NCBI GenBank assembly: GCA_002104905.1
Contig: MCFE01000487.1
Span: forward strand, 1 to 64,000
Origin: Basidiobolus meristosporus CBS 931.73
Taxonomy: Eukaryota > Fungi > Basidiobolomycota
Reading direction: 5' to 3'
DNA length: 64,000 nucleotides
Positions within the stretch are counted from its first letter, which is position 1, and every line of letters starts with the position of its first letter. The notes beneath the pieces are model-generated. The model made no database searches. It worked only from the letters and a program-made list of their open reading frames with translations, and had not been told where the DNA came from. Of this stretch, positions 1 through 12,834 are shown piece after piece. A program made the translations under genes and the position numbers.

Positions 1-845
1 CTCCATATGTGAATGATCTTATTAGAGCTGCTAATAACCTAGAAACATTGGAAGAGACTAAATCAAGCCTATCCAAGGAGTTCAAGATGTCCAATCCAGG
101 AGAACTAAGTTACTACTTGGGGATAAAGTTCTCCATAGACAGAAGTGCCCAGACTATCACCCTAAGCCAATCCAAGTATATTCAAGATATACTAAAGAAG
201 TACCAAATGGAAGAATGTAAACTGGCAGCCACCCCAATGGAGACAAACCTTAACTTGGTCAAAACTCAACCAAATCAAGAGAGCTTGGTGCCATCTGAAA
301 GCCCTGACTTTCCTTATCAATATATGGTTGGCAGTCTGATGTATTTCATACTTGGGACATGTCCAGATATCTCATATTCAGTGGGAGTTGTCAGCCGACA
401 TAATCAGAACTATAGATCTGATCATATTGCAGCAGTTAAGTGGATTTTTAGATACCTAAAAGGTACTGCTGATATCTGCTTAAGATACACATATAAGGAT
501 TCAGAACAGGATCTTGTGGGATACTTTGATGCTGATTGAGGACAAAACTTGGAAGATAGAAGATCCACCACAAGATACACCCTTCTTTACTGCAAAGGAG
601 TAATTTCATGGAACTCAAGAAAGCAACCAACCGTAGCACTTTCCACCACAGAGGCAGAGTATATGGCAGCCTGTGAAGCTACAAAAGAAGCAATGTGGTC
701 AAGAAAGCTTTTTACAGATTTAGGACTATGTCAAAAAACGCCTATTACTTTACTTCAAGATAATCAAGGATGTATACAATTAGGTAGAAATCCAACTTTT
801 CATGCTAGAACTAAGCACATAGATATTAGACATCATTTCATACGT
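1..845 (+). mobile_element. Degenerate Ty1/copia RT-RNase H fragment
   Basis: ORFs 9-539 and 549-860 are near-copies of the RT/RNase H of the element at 2808-7492 (LGTCPDISYSVG, WNSRKQPTVALSTTEAEY, TKHIDIRHHF); interrupted at 845. Confidence 0.95.
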
Positions 846-1924
846 TGTGGTGGTGTATAAGTCCAAAGGGCAAAATACGGCCAACACTTCTCAAGTGTGA
901 ATGTCTGTGGGGTGTTCACTGGGTACAATAACCTCTGGCAAAAGCTTGCTAGGAATACTGGGTCTTTTGTCTAATCTAATGTGATGGGGAATAAAGCCTC
1001 AAGCTTGTCAAGGCAAAACTATTGAACTACAATCCCCAACTTGGTTGGCGTCTTAACAAAAGTTTATAATGGCTTCAACATCCTTTGAGATGACATTGTA
1101 CTAAAGCTTCCAAAGTCAAAACAACTGTAAACTCCACCAACAGGGACTTGATAAGAATGCAGCTTTGACCAATAGTTACAAAGACTGAAAAGCATCTTTG
1201 CCTGTACAAGAACAAACTTGGGAAAACAAACAAATATAATAAGATATACCTACTCTGAGTATTCCTCACAAGTAGTGCCTCCAAGGTCAGTTGGCTGTCA
1301 GCATGGTTTCCTGGGAGTATTGTCAGGTCTGAGTCAGAAAATAGTGGTAATAGGCAGCAGTGATCTCACTAATCAATAAGTTGGAATATTGGAAGAGGGA
1401 TGATTTATTTTAAGGGATAGCCTCCCTTATATACTTTTTTGCTGCTCAAATTCTTGCTAGAAAATACTTTCCGGAAGTTTCCAGAAGGTAGTAGACAGCC
1501 AATCATGTCATTGTGTACTAAAAATAGTGCAAATTCTTGGCAGATTGTTCTATGAGACATAGTATCACCTAGCCAATCAGGTAGTGGTAATATGAAACCC
1601 CTGTGTCATGTGGTTGCCTCTTATGGTAGTAGGAAAGGAGGGTTATGAAACCAAGATGGTCACATGACATGGGCACTGTTGGGGTACTTGCCTTATATGG
1701 TAACTATCTTATCTTGGCATCTTGGCAAGGGATAAGAATAGCTTGTGCAATGGGTTAATAGTGACAAATAGTTTGTCAGGTCACATAGTAATAATTACAT
1801 AAACAAAATAGGAAATATTGCAAATTTGGGATAATACTAATATAGGGGGGGTAATCCTTTTTAGGGAAGTGAGCATATGAGAATGAGCACATCTGCCTGT
1901 GGGTGTCACTGTGACCCCACTACA
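846..1924. mobile_element. 1079-bp solo LTR of an unrelated family inserted in copia RNase H
   Basis: Starts TGTGGTGG and ends CCACTACA (TG..CA, imperfect terminal inverted repeats); 4-bp TSD ACGT(842-845)/ATGT(1925-1928); removing it restores CATCATTTCAT-ATGT-GAAGCT of the copia RNase H. Confidence 0.85.
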
Positions 1925-2430
1925 ATGTGAAGCTACAGAGAGTAACTTAGTTAGCTTAGTTTACTGTCCTTCAGATGAAATGATTGCAGACATATTTACC
2001 AAATCATTAGCTAGAGACAAGTTTGAATATCTTAGGTCAGAATTAGGACTAGTCAGTATGAACATTTAGCTGAGTGGGAGTGTTGTAAAAAATTCAAGTT
2101 TCCACTTAAATATTCACCTAACTTATTCACTTAGATCATTACCTTCATATCCTAGAGAATACTGACCAAGTTCCTTATTGGGATTTACTTAGAATATTCT
2201 CACCAAAATACCAGGTACCCAGAACATGAAAATTCTCAAAGTTGTCCAAATAGCCCCAAACTCAGCACACATGTTCTTGGGACCTTCCTTAACCTATTCT
2301 ACATGTTTGCTATGCCAAGACCAGGTAAAATTACAAATACTACTTTTACATTCAATAAATCATTAAGTGAAAACCACATAATCTACTTGTCCTCCCAATC
2401 ACTTCCAATATCTCCAAGACTCTTACAACG
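1925..2430 (+). mobile_element. 3' end of the copia copy: RNase H tail, PPT and 3' LTR (2081-2430)
   Basis: ...ATGAACATTTAG, PPT CTGAGTGGGAG, then TGTTGTAAAA...TCTTACAAC(G). Confidence 0.9.
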
Positions 2431-2807
2431 CCTTTACTGTTAAGGAGTAATATCATGGAATTTGAGAAAGCAACCAACTGTAGCACTTTCCACCACAGAG
2501 GCAGAGTATATGACAGCCTGTGAAGCTACAAAAGTAGCAATGTGGTTAAGAAAGCTTTTTACTGATCTAGGCCTATGTCAAGAAATTCCTATTACTTTAT
2601 TTCAAGATAATCAAGGATATATACAGTTAGGTGGAAATCCAACTTTTCATACTAGAACTAAGCACATAGAAATTGGACATCATTTAATATGTGAAGCTCT
2701 AGAGAATAACTCAGTTAGCTTAGTTTACTGTTCTTCAGATGAAATGATTGCAGACCCAGTTATCAAACCATTAGCTATAGACAAGTTTGAATATCTTAGG
2801 TCTAAAT
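2431..2807 (+). mobile_element. Copia RNase H fragment (host of the 2808-7492 insertion; continues at 7493)
   Basis: ORF 2462-2815 RKQPTVALSTTEAEY...DKFEYLRSK; resumes at 7493 as TAAATTAGGACTAG. Confidence 0.9.
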
Positions 2808-5800
2808 TGTTGTAAAAATTTGTAATTCCACCTAAATATTCACCTAACTTAGTCACTTAGATCGTCACCTTCAAATCCTAGAGAATACTGACCAAATTCC
2901 TTGTTGGGATTTACTTAGAATATTTTCACCAAAATACCAGGTACCCAGAACATGAAAATTCTCAAAGTTGTCCAAACAGCCCCAAACTTTGCACACATGC
3001 TCTTGGGACCTTCTGTAACTTATTCTACGTATTTGTAATGCCAAGACCATGTAAAAATATAAATATTACTTTTACATTCATTAAATCATTGAGTGAAAAC
3101 CACATAATCTACTTGTTCTCCAAATCACTTCCAATATCTCCAAGACTCGTACAACAGGTTATGAGCCCCAAGCTGTCACTCTCTGCAATGTCTACTACTG
3201 CTATTACTGGAAATTTTCCCTCTGCTGAAAAGTTGGATGGCTCTGACTACCAAGTGTGGAAGGTGAAGATGAAGATGCTGCTACAAGAAAGAGGCCTTTG
3301 GGATATTGTCATGGGAGAAGAATGCCCTCCTAAAAATGTGGGAGAGGAAGCCTTAAAGTACCAGAAGAAAGAACAAAGTGCCTTTAACTGCATTTGCCTT
3401 AATGTCAAGGACAAATTGCTAATTCAATGCTCAAGAGCAAAAACGGCAAAGAATGCCTGGAAGGCATTAGAAGACACCTACCAGTTATGTTCAGCTGCCA
3501 AGAAAATGTATCTGAGAAGAAAATTCTTTACTACAAAGATGCTGCCAGGAGAAGAAATGAAAATTCTAATTAACAGAATTACCCTGCTGGTAGATGAGAT
3601 GGAATCTGTGGGCGTACCAACTACTGATGAGGATGTGATAGTTACCATCCTGAATAGCCTGACAGACAAGCTTCAGGGCCTTGTATCAGCCCTAGAGTCC
3701 AGAACTGAAGATTTGACCTTAAATTACGTATATGGAAGGCTCCTGGATGAAGAATTAAGAAAATCAAGCGCCAATAAGAAGGAAGAAGAAAATGCTTTAA
3801 TAAGCAATGATAACCAACAAAGGAGGTACCCAAGACTCTACAAAGGCAACAGCAACCTATTTTGCAACTACTGCAAAAGGAAAGGACACACATCAGACCG
3901 GTGTTTCAAAAAGAGAGATTATCAGCAAAAGAAGCCTGAATATGGAAATGCTGCAACAACTGAAGATAGGCTATTCATATCTGCACTAAATATGACCACA
4001 AACAAGGATTCTCAGACGTGGTATATTGACTCTGGAGCCTCTCAACACTTTACACACCAAAAAGAACTTTTTACCCAATATCAAGAAATTCCAATTAAGA
4101 AGGTTTTCATGGGTGACGATAGAACACTTGATGCAGTGAGAGAAGGAACTATCCAAGTAAGCCTAAGAAACAGTGAAGGAAGCCATACACTGACCTTTAA
4201 AGAAGTACTCTATGTACCAGAAATAGCCAAGAACCTACTCTCTGTAAGCAAGGCCACAGCAGAAGGACTCAGTTTCAGTTTTGACAATTCTGGATGCAGG
4301 ATCACTGATCAAAATGGTGCTCATATTGCTTCAGGCATCAGAGATCAGAATCTATACAAGTTGACTTATATTCCATCATATCTGGGAGCCAATAAAAGTA
4401 ACTTAAATGAAGAAACACCAATGCTTTGGCACAGGAGATTTGGACACATCAATTTTGATCATTTGCGTAAAATGATCAAAGATCAGCTAATTTCTGGAGT
4501 GAAAATTGATCCCCCAGCTAATTTGGAGCACTGTGAAGCCTGCATATATGGGAAACAAGCCAGACAACTGTTCACGAGCTCTGGGTTAATCAAAACTAAG
4601 AAAAAATTAGATCTAATTCACTCAGATCTGTGTGGACCTATGCAAAATTTATCCTTAGGCGGGATGAAGTATTTAATCACTATTATTGATTATTATGCAA
4701 GATACACATGGGTCTACTTCATGGAGAGAAAGAAAGAAGCTCTGTCTAAGCTCAGGGAGTTTAAAGCCATGGTGGAGAGAGAAACTGGTGAAAAAATCAA
4801 GAAAATACGCTCTGACAATGGTGGAGAATAAACCTCAAAACTCTTCATCCACTTCTGCAAAATTCATGGGATAAAGCAAGAGACTACTGTACCATACTCC
4901 CCACAGCAAAATGGAGTAGCAGAACAAGCTAACAGATCAATAATTGATATGGCAAGATCTATGATCCATGATCAAAAATTATCCTATGATTTTTGGGCGG
5001 AATCAGTTGCCACTGCTGTATATCTTAAAAATAGGAGTTATAACAGAATACTTTGTGATTCTACTCCATTTGAAGCCTGGTATGGATACAGACCAAGTGC
5101 AGAACATCTAAGAATATTTGGGTGTATAGCATATGCCAAAAAACTGGCCGGAAATCAGTCAAAATTTGAGCCAAAAAGTGTAAAATGCATATTTTTGGGC
5201 TACTGCAATGAGAGTAAGGCATACAGACTCTACAATACCGAAGCAAAGAAGCTGATCAAGTCCAGGGATGTGTTGTTTGATGAAAATTCAAAATTTTTAC
5301 AAAAAATGACATCAGATGATGACAAAAATTTGATCTCAAGTCCACCAATTGTCAGGATTGAATCAGAGCAAAACAATGAAAATTTTTTCACTCCAGAGGA
5401 CTCTACAACCGTGGTTCAGCCAGAATCAGTGCCCAGGAATATCCCAGAAGTGATCATTCCAGTATCAAATGCCTGGAGATCCAATCGGACAAGAAATAGC
5501 CCAAATTACTATATCAATGAGGGTACAAACTTAGCCTATGCCTATTCAGTCCATATTGATGAACCCCAGACTGTAAAAGAGGCCCTAAATAGCCCTCAGA
5601 CAAAGTTTTGGAGATCTACAATGACTGAGGAATATCAGGCCCTGATGGAAAATCAAACTTGGGACTTAGTCAAATTACCAATCAACCAAAAATCAATTGG
5701 ATGCAGACGGGTCTTCAAGACAAAATACTAGGCTGATGGCACAATTGAAAGATACAAAGCAAGACTTGTAGCCAAAGGATACTCTCAAACAAAAGGACTT

Positions 5801-7492
5801 GACTATACTGAGACCTTTGCACCGGTAGCCAAGTTTAATTCCATCAGATTAATATTGGCCATTGCAGCCAAATATAAGTTTTTTATTCATCAAATGGATG
5901 TAAAAACTGCATTTTTGAATGGAGAACTTGATGAGGACGTGTATATGAACCAGCCTGATGGGTTTGTTGACCAAGACAACCCCCATTTGGTCTGCAAGCT
6001 TAAAAAGTCACTATATGGTCTCAAACAATCACCAAGAGCCTGGAATTGCAAGATAGATTCTTATTTGGAATCCTTGAGTTTCAAAAGGAGTAATGCTGAC
6101 TATAGTATATATTATAAGCCAAATAGAGCAAATCCAGTTCTATTAGCTCTATATGCGGATGATCTTATTATAGCCACTAATAACCTAGAAACATTGGAAG
6201 AGACTAAATCCAGCCTATCTAAGGAGTTCAAGATGTCCAATCTAGGAGAACTTAGTTACTACTTAGGGATTAAGTTCTCCATAGACAGAAGTACCCAGAC
6301 TATTACCCTAAGCCAATCCAAGTATATTCAAGATATACTAAAGAAGTACAAAATGGAAGACTGTAAACTGGCAGCTACCCCAATGGAGACAAACCTTAAC
6401 TTGGTCAAAACTCAACCAAATCAAGAGAGCTTGGTGCCATCTGAAAGCCCTGACTTTCCTTATCAGTCTATGGTCGGCAGTCTGATGTATATCATGCTTG
6501 GAACACGTCCAGATATCTCATATTCAGTGGGAGTTGTCAGCCAACATAATCAGAACTATGGATCTGATCATATTGCAGCAGTTAAGCAAATTTTTAGATA
6601 CCTAAAAGGAACTGCTGATATCTGCTTAAGATACACTTATAAGGATTCAGAACAGGATCTTGTGGGATACTCTGATGCTGATTGGGGACAAAATTTGGAA
6701 GACAGAAGATCCACCACAGGATATACCTTTCTTTACTGTAAAGGAGCAATTTCATGGAATTCAAGAAAGCAGCCAATTGTTGCACTTTCTACTACAGAGG
6801 CAGAGTATATGGCAGCCTGTGAAGCTACAAAAGAAGCAATGTGGTTAAGAAAACTCTTTACAGATTTAGGCCTATGTCAAAAAACGCCTATTACTTTATT
6901 TCAAGATAATCAAGGATGTATGCAATTAGGTAGAAATCCACCTTTTCATGCTAGAACCAAGCACATAGATATTAGACATCATTTCATATGTGAAGCTATA
7001 GAGAATAAGTTAGTTAGCTTAGTTTACTGTCCTACAGATGAAATGATTGCAGACATATTTACCAAACCATTAGCTAGAGACAAGTTTGAATATCTTAGGT
7101 CAAAATTAGGACTAGTCAGTATGAACATTTAGCTGAGTGGGAGTGTTATAAAAATTCGTAATTCCACCTAAATATTCACCTAACTTAGTCACTTAGATCA
7201 TCACCTTCAAATCCTAGAGAATACTGACCAAATTCCGTGTCGGGATTTACTTAGAATATTTTCACCAAAATACCAGGTACCCAGAACATGAAAATTCTCA
7301 AAGTTGTCCAAACAGCCCCAAACTTTGCACACATGTTCTTGGGACCTTCCTTAATCTATTCTATGTGTTTGTAATGCCAAGACCATGTAAAAACATAAAT
7401 ACTACTTTTACATTCATTAAATCATTAAGTGAAAACCACATAATCTACTTGTTCTCCAAATCACTTCCAATATCTCCAAGACTCTTACAACA
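2808..7492 (+). mobile_element. Full-length Ty1/copia LTR retrotransposon (4685 bp)
   Basis: 5' LTR 2808-3156 and 3' LTR 7144-7492 (349 bp each, about 16 differences by manual comparison); copia-type PBS GGTTATGAGCCC right after the 5' LTR; PPT before the 3' LTR; 5-bp TSD TAAAT on both sides. Confidence 0.97.
3161..7132 (+). pseudogene. Copia gag-pol (GAG, CCHC knuckle, protease, integrase, RT, RNase H) with two in-frame stops
   Basis: ORFs 3038-4831, 4949-5731 and 5855-7132 share one frame; motifs CNYCKRKGHTSDRC, WYIDSGAS, LWHRRFGH..CEAC, IHSDLCGP, IRSDNGGE, QNGVAE, MDVKTAFLNG, LYADD; stops at 4829-4831 (TAT in the copy at ~60958) and 5729-5731 (AAG in the minus copy at ~48360). Confidence 0.95.
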
Positions 7493-7881
7493 TAAATTAG
7501 GACTAGTTAGTATGAACATTTAGCTGAGTGGGAGTGTTGTAAAAATTATAAATCCACCTCAATATTCACCCAACTTAGTCACTTATACTATTACCTTCAA
7601 ATCATAGGGAATACTGACTAAAATCCTTGTTGGGATTTACTTAAAATATTGTCACCAAAATACCAGGTACCTAGAACATAAAAATTCTTGAAGTTGTCCA
7701 AACAGCCCCAAACTATGCACATATTTTCTTGGGAGCTTCTGTCGCCTATTTTATGTGTTTGTAACCTCAGGACAACATAAAAGTCTTAATACTAGTTTAC
7801 ATTCAATAATTCATTAGGTGAAAGCCACTTAATCTACTTGTCCTCCCAATAACTTCCTATATCTCCAAGACTCTTACAACT
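7493..7881 (+). mobile_element. Remainder of the host copia: RNase H end, PPT and 3' LTR (7535-7881)
   Basis: TAAATTAGGACTAG...CTGAGTGGGAG TGTTGTAAAA...CTCTTACAAC. Confidence 0.9.
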
Positions 7882-10028
7882 GATAGAGCACTTGATGCAG
7901 TGGGAGAAGGAACTATCCCAGTAAACCTTAGAAGCAGTGAAGGAAGCCATACACTGACCTTTAAAGAAGTACACTATGTACCTGAAATAGCCAAGAACCT
8001 ACTATCTGTAAGTAAGGCCACAGCAGAAGGACTCAGCTTCAGCTTTGACAATTCTGGATGCAGGATCACTGATCAATATGGTGCTCATATTGCTTTGGGT
8101 ATGAGAGAGCAGAATCTGTGTAAGTGACTTATATTCCATCATATCTGGGGGCCAATATAAGTAACTTGAATGAAGAAACTGTTGTAAAAATTCGTATTTT
8201 CCACCTAAATATTCACCTAACTTAGTCACTTAGATCATTACCTTCAAATCCTAGAGAATACTGACCAAATTCCTTGTCGGGATTTACTTAGAATATTTTC
8301 ACCAAAATACCAGGTACCCAGAACATGAAAATTCTCAAAGTTGTCCAAACAGCCCCAAACTTTGCACACATGTTCTTGGGACCTTCCTTAGCCTATTCTA
8401 CGTGTTTGTAATGCCAAGACCATGTAAAAGTATAAATACTACTTTTACATTCAATAAATCATTAAGTGAAAACCACATAATCTACTTGTTCTCCAAATCA
8501 CTTCCAATATCTCCAAGACTCTTACAACAGAAACACCATTGCTTTGACACAGGAGATTTGGACACATCAATTTTGATTATTTGCACAAAATGATCAAAGA
8601 TTAGCTAATTTCTGGAGTAAAAATTGATCCCCCAGCTAGTTTGGAGCACTGTGAGCCTGCAAAGATGGGAAAGGAGCCAGACAGCTGTATATGTGGATGA
8701 TCTTATTATAGCCGCTAATAACCTAGAAACATTGGAACAGACTAAATCCAGCCAATCTGAAGAGTTCAAGATGTCCAATCTAGGAGAACTAAGTTACTAC
8801 TTGGGGATAAAGTTCTCCATAGACAGAAGTGCCCAGACTATCACCCTAAGCCAATACAAGTATATTCAAGACATACTAAGGAAGTAACAATTGGAAGACT
8901 GTGAACAGGCAGCTACCCCAATGGCAATAAGCCTCAACTTGGTCAAACACCTCCAAATCAAGAGCACTTGGTGCCATCTGAAAGCCCTGACTTTCCTTAT
9001 CAATATATAATCAGCAGTCTGGTGTCTATCATGCTTAGAATATGTTCAGATATCTCATATTCAGTGGGAGCTGTCAGCCAGCATGATCAGAACTATGGAT
9101 CTGATCACATTGGAGCAGTTGAGCAGATTTTTAGATATCCAAAGGAAACTGCTGATATCTGCTTAAGATACACCTATAAGGATTCAAAACAACATCTTGT
9201 GGGATACTCAGATGTCAATTGGCAATAAAATTGAGAGGACAGAAGATTAACCACAGAATACACCTTTCTTTACTGTTAAGGAGTAATTTCATGGAACTCA
9301 AGAAAGCAACCCACTGTAGCACTTTCCACCACAGAGGCAGAGTATATGGCAGCCTGTGAAGCTACAAAAGAAACAATGTAGCTAAGAAAGCTTTTTACTG
9401 ATCTAGGCCTATGTCAAAAAATGCAGATTACTTTATTTCAAGATAGTCAGGGATGTATAAAACTAAGTAGAAATCCAACCTCTCATACTGAAACTAAGCA
9501 CATAGTTGTTAAACATTATTTCATGTGTGAAGCTATAGAGAACAGCTTAGTTAGCTTAGCTTACTGTCCTTCTGATGAAATGATTGCAGACCCAGTTATC
9601 AAACAATTAGCTAAAGAAAAGTTTGAATATCTTAGGTCAAAATTACAACTAGTAAATATGAGCATTTAGTTGAGCGGGAGTGTTGTAAAATTTGAAATTC
9701 CACCTCAATATTCACCTGACTTATTCACTTGGATCATTGCCTTCAGATCCTAGGGAACACTGAATAAACTTGTTGTTGAGATTTACTTAGAATATTTTCA
9801 CCAATACAGCAGGTACCCTGACCATGAAAATTCTCCAAGTTGTCCAAGCAGCCCCAAACTTTGCACACATGTTCTTGGGACCTTCTTTAGCCTATTCTAC
9901 ATGTTTTTAATGCCAGGATTATGTAAAAGTAATGTTACTACTTTTACACTAAAAAGTCACTAAGTGAGAACCACATAATCTACTTGTCCTCCCAAGTCAC
10001 TTCCAATATCTCCAAAACTCTTAAAATA
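7882..10028 (+). mobile_element. Internally deleted degenerate copia with 3' LTR 9681-10028
   Basis: Protease/pre-integrase pieces (7900-8127), then a jump from integrase directly into RT near 8690, frameshifted RT/RNase H, PPT TTGAGCGGGAG and LTR. Confidence 0.9.
8180..8529 (+). mobile_element. Copia solo LTR with perfect 5-bp TSD GAAAC
   Basis: GAAAC|TGTTGTAAAA...CTTACAACA|GAAAC; inserted in another copy of the same family. Confidence 0.95.
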
Positions 10029-10294
10029 ATTATAGCATCTATGGTCAGATGCACAGAATATACCACAGTCTTCAGCATGATATCCAGCTTTTCCAGGCAC
10101 AATGGTTAGTATTGCTGTCAAATGTGTTAAATCCTGGAGATTTACTCCATAACTCACACATATTGTTATTATCCAAGCACCAGCACCAAGAACATCCTCT
10201 TTCCATGATGAGAATGGAAAGTGCTTGACACATAATTGCAGCAGAGCTGGCAAGCTATAAGACATTGGCCAAAATACAGAATTAATCAAAAACA

Positions 10295-10404
10295 AGCAAT
10301 GCTTAAGAAAGAGGGAATCTGTTGGAGCAAAAGCTTTCCACTAGGAGCAATGCTTAAGAAAGAGGGAATCTGTTGGAGCAAAAGCTTTCCACTAGGAGCA
10401 ATGC
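10295..10404. repeat. 51-bp perfect tandem duplication (2 copies plus partial)
   Basis: AGCAATGCTTAAGAAAGAGGGAATCTGTTGGAGCAAAAGCTTTCCACTAGG x2, then AGCAATGC. Confidence 0.9.
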
Positions 10405-12687
10405 ACCTGCTCTTCAACAAAATCCCTATACTAATGGCCAAGTTGCTCATGGGGCATTTCTAGCTAAATGAGCCCTGTGAGATACCAGAGAAGCTTGAAA
10501 GAATTGGCAAGATATTTCAGAGTATCTGCTACCCAAAGTACTTCTCATAAGCTCCATTCAATATTCATATCCATATGTGACAATACAAATGTAAGGACTG
10601 GATGAACTGGATATGTATTTATTCAAGTAGCCTTCTGAAGCAATTATGCTTTATAAAAAAAGCAATTTCTGATGTTAGTATTGCTCAATATAAAGATGCT
10701 ACCAAGGGACTAACTTTGTAGGTTGTGCACTGCAGGTTGGGCTTTGAATCAAGTTTGCATATCTAATAGAGTTCAGGGATCCAGAAGGAATCTTCACACA
10801 AAATGCAAGAGGAAAGTTGCTCACCTATGTATAAGATTTGGAATGAAATACTGGAGATCGCAGGCAATCAATACTTCAAGCTCATCATCAGGCTCAACCA
10901 ATAGGTTAGACAACACTTACTCTGCCTCCAGATATACAGATTCCCTTGGATATTACCATCGGCCCATTGGCCATGCTCAGACCAATGGGTGGTGAGAGTA
11001 GTGGGGTCATGGCCAACCAGGATCGATGTAACATCCATATAGGAATTGGCTCAGGTCGGAGGTCGCAAAAAACAGATTGCTTGATCCGTTGTGGGATTTG
11101 GTCGGATTAGTAACGAGTTTGAGTCAGCCAGTTGGCCTGCCCCAATTCTCCAAGCCCAAACATGCCTTACCATATATGCATCGACACAAGGAAAGCACCG
11201 TGTCTTCAATCCTGGTAAGGCTCTGCACACAAACGCACTTGATCTACATCTGACATATAGCACCTCACTACTGCAAGGTACCAACCGAATACGATCGCAA
11301 TAAGTTGATCTATAGTATGTACTATTCACATCGTTGAGCATCTACGGAAATTACTAAACGAGATCATGCAGAGTCTCTGGGCGAACGCAGAACCATCCCG
11401 ACCCCTGGCTAGCTTCGAATCCCCTCACGCTGCCCACACCACAATGAGTAGGATTTTTATAGGAATCTGCGCCTGTATCCCGGCCAAGGTTCAAGGTTGG
11501 GTGGATTTAGCTATATATGGGGATGCTTTGGAGGCACGGCAGGTTTGCAGCCCCGCCAGCAACACATTTGTTGAAAGCCCTAGTGAGAATGGAACCAGCA
11601 CTATTGCTATCTTCATCCATTTCTCAGCCGGAGTATGCTGCAGTACACGGTGGTGTTTGCGTATCTAGGTGGCGGCTACACATCCATGTAATCCTCAGCT
11701 GTATCCAGCTGCAACCATAATATCCACCCATCCATCCTATTGGAGCAGATGGTTTTGTGCGTTTACGTGCTCCCCTTCATCCTCCAGCGGCTGAAACAGC
11801 ACCAACACCATTTCATGGGTGACACGGCCAAGAGCAGAATGACCATGTGGAACCTGAGACGGAATTCCCCATCACAATGACGCCTGGGTGACGAGCCTTC
11901 GATGGGCGATTGACGGAGACATGCATGATCATAATTTGGAAGTCCAACCCTAAAGCCTAGTTCCACCGGCCGCATCATGGCCTATGATTGGCGGCACTAA
12001 GTTGGATGAGACGCATTAGCACGGGTGTATATTGCTGGACCTCCTCTGCCATCTGACTGAGGAGAGTGGGGTGGGGTGGGGCGGAGCTGCTACTGTGCAA
12101 TTCGGGAAACGCCTCAAACCAGGTAGCTGTGTAGGTGTGAATGGGTATGCGAGCAGTGATGAGGGGCCAGATAATCTGGTAGATCAGGGCGATCCCTGGA
12201 AGCAGCTCGATCCAAGTCTGTTCATGTTAACTGAGTTGTACCACCATGCGGTTGGAGTGGCAGCCGTATTCCTTGGTAATGCTGGCTGATGGCAAGCTCG
12301 AAGGCTATAGCGCAGTCATGAGCACTGCACAGGACTTCATATCACTCGATGGATGGATAAACCTTGTGAATATTCCTCATGGTACACGATCTCGGCCAAT
12401 GAGGTGCCTCCGTTCTGGGACCTATCCCATTAACAAGATGCGGATGGAGTGGATGGCCTAGGAAACATCAGAGCCCATGAGATCCTGACCAGCTCCCCAG
12501 CATTTCCTCATTATCTGACGCAAGCTCCTCCCTTGAGAAATTGAATATAACAGCTGGATGAAATAAGAAATCCGCTTACCACATCGATCATAAAGGCATC
12601 TGGTGTTCCTGATTCGAATCCTACCTTCTCTTCGCCGACTCACTTGCGTCAAGAACTTACCCCGCTTTATCCGAAGTTAAGTTAGCA

Positions 12688-12834
12688 ATGACCAAAGCAG
12701 TGATAGCCAAGCCGGCTCAAAAGCTGGTGCGCTTCAGTCGCTTCGAGAAGGTTTACATTACTCACTCCCCCAGTGAATACGATCGCACTTCGTTCAGGCC
12801 GTCAGAGAATCGATCGTTGTGTTATCTAAGTTAG
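12688..12834 (+). CDS. 48-aa micro-ORF (or first exon) with a PP1-docking RVxF + [ST]xxxEYDR motif
   Basis: Manual translation MTKAVIAKPAQKLVRFSRFEKVYITHSPSEYDRTSFRPSENRSLCYLS*; resembles the PP1-binding segment of neurabin/spinophilin and yeast Bni4; below the ORF-track cut-off. Confidence 0.55.
   Translation: MTKAVIAKPAQKLVRFSRFEKVYITHSPSEYDRTSFRPSENRSLCYLS

Noticed and set aside
4829-5731. Programmed stop-codon readthrough in copia pol
   Set aside because: Other copies have sense codons at both positions (TAT, AAG), so these are nonsense mutations.
10295-10404. Possible CRISPR-like repeat
   Set aside because: Adjacent 51-bp copies with no spacers; a simple tandem duplication in a eukaryotic context.
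10700-12650. Many 60-110 aa ORFs on both strands
   Set aside because: No motifs or coherent exon structure; consistent with chance ORFs.
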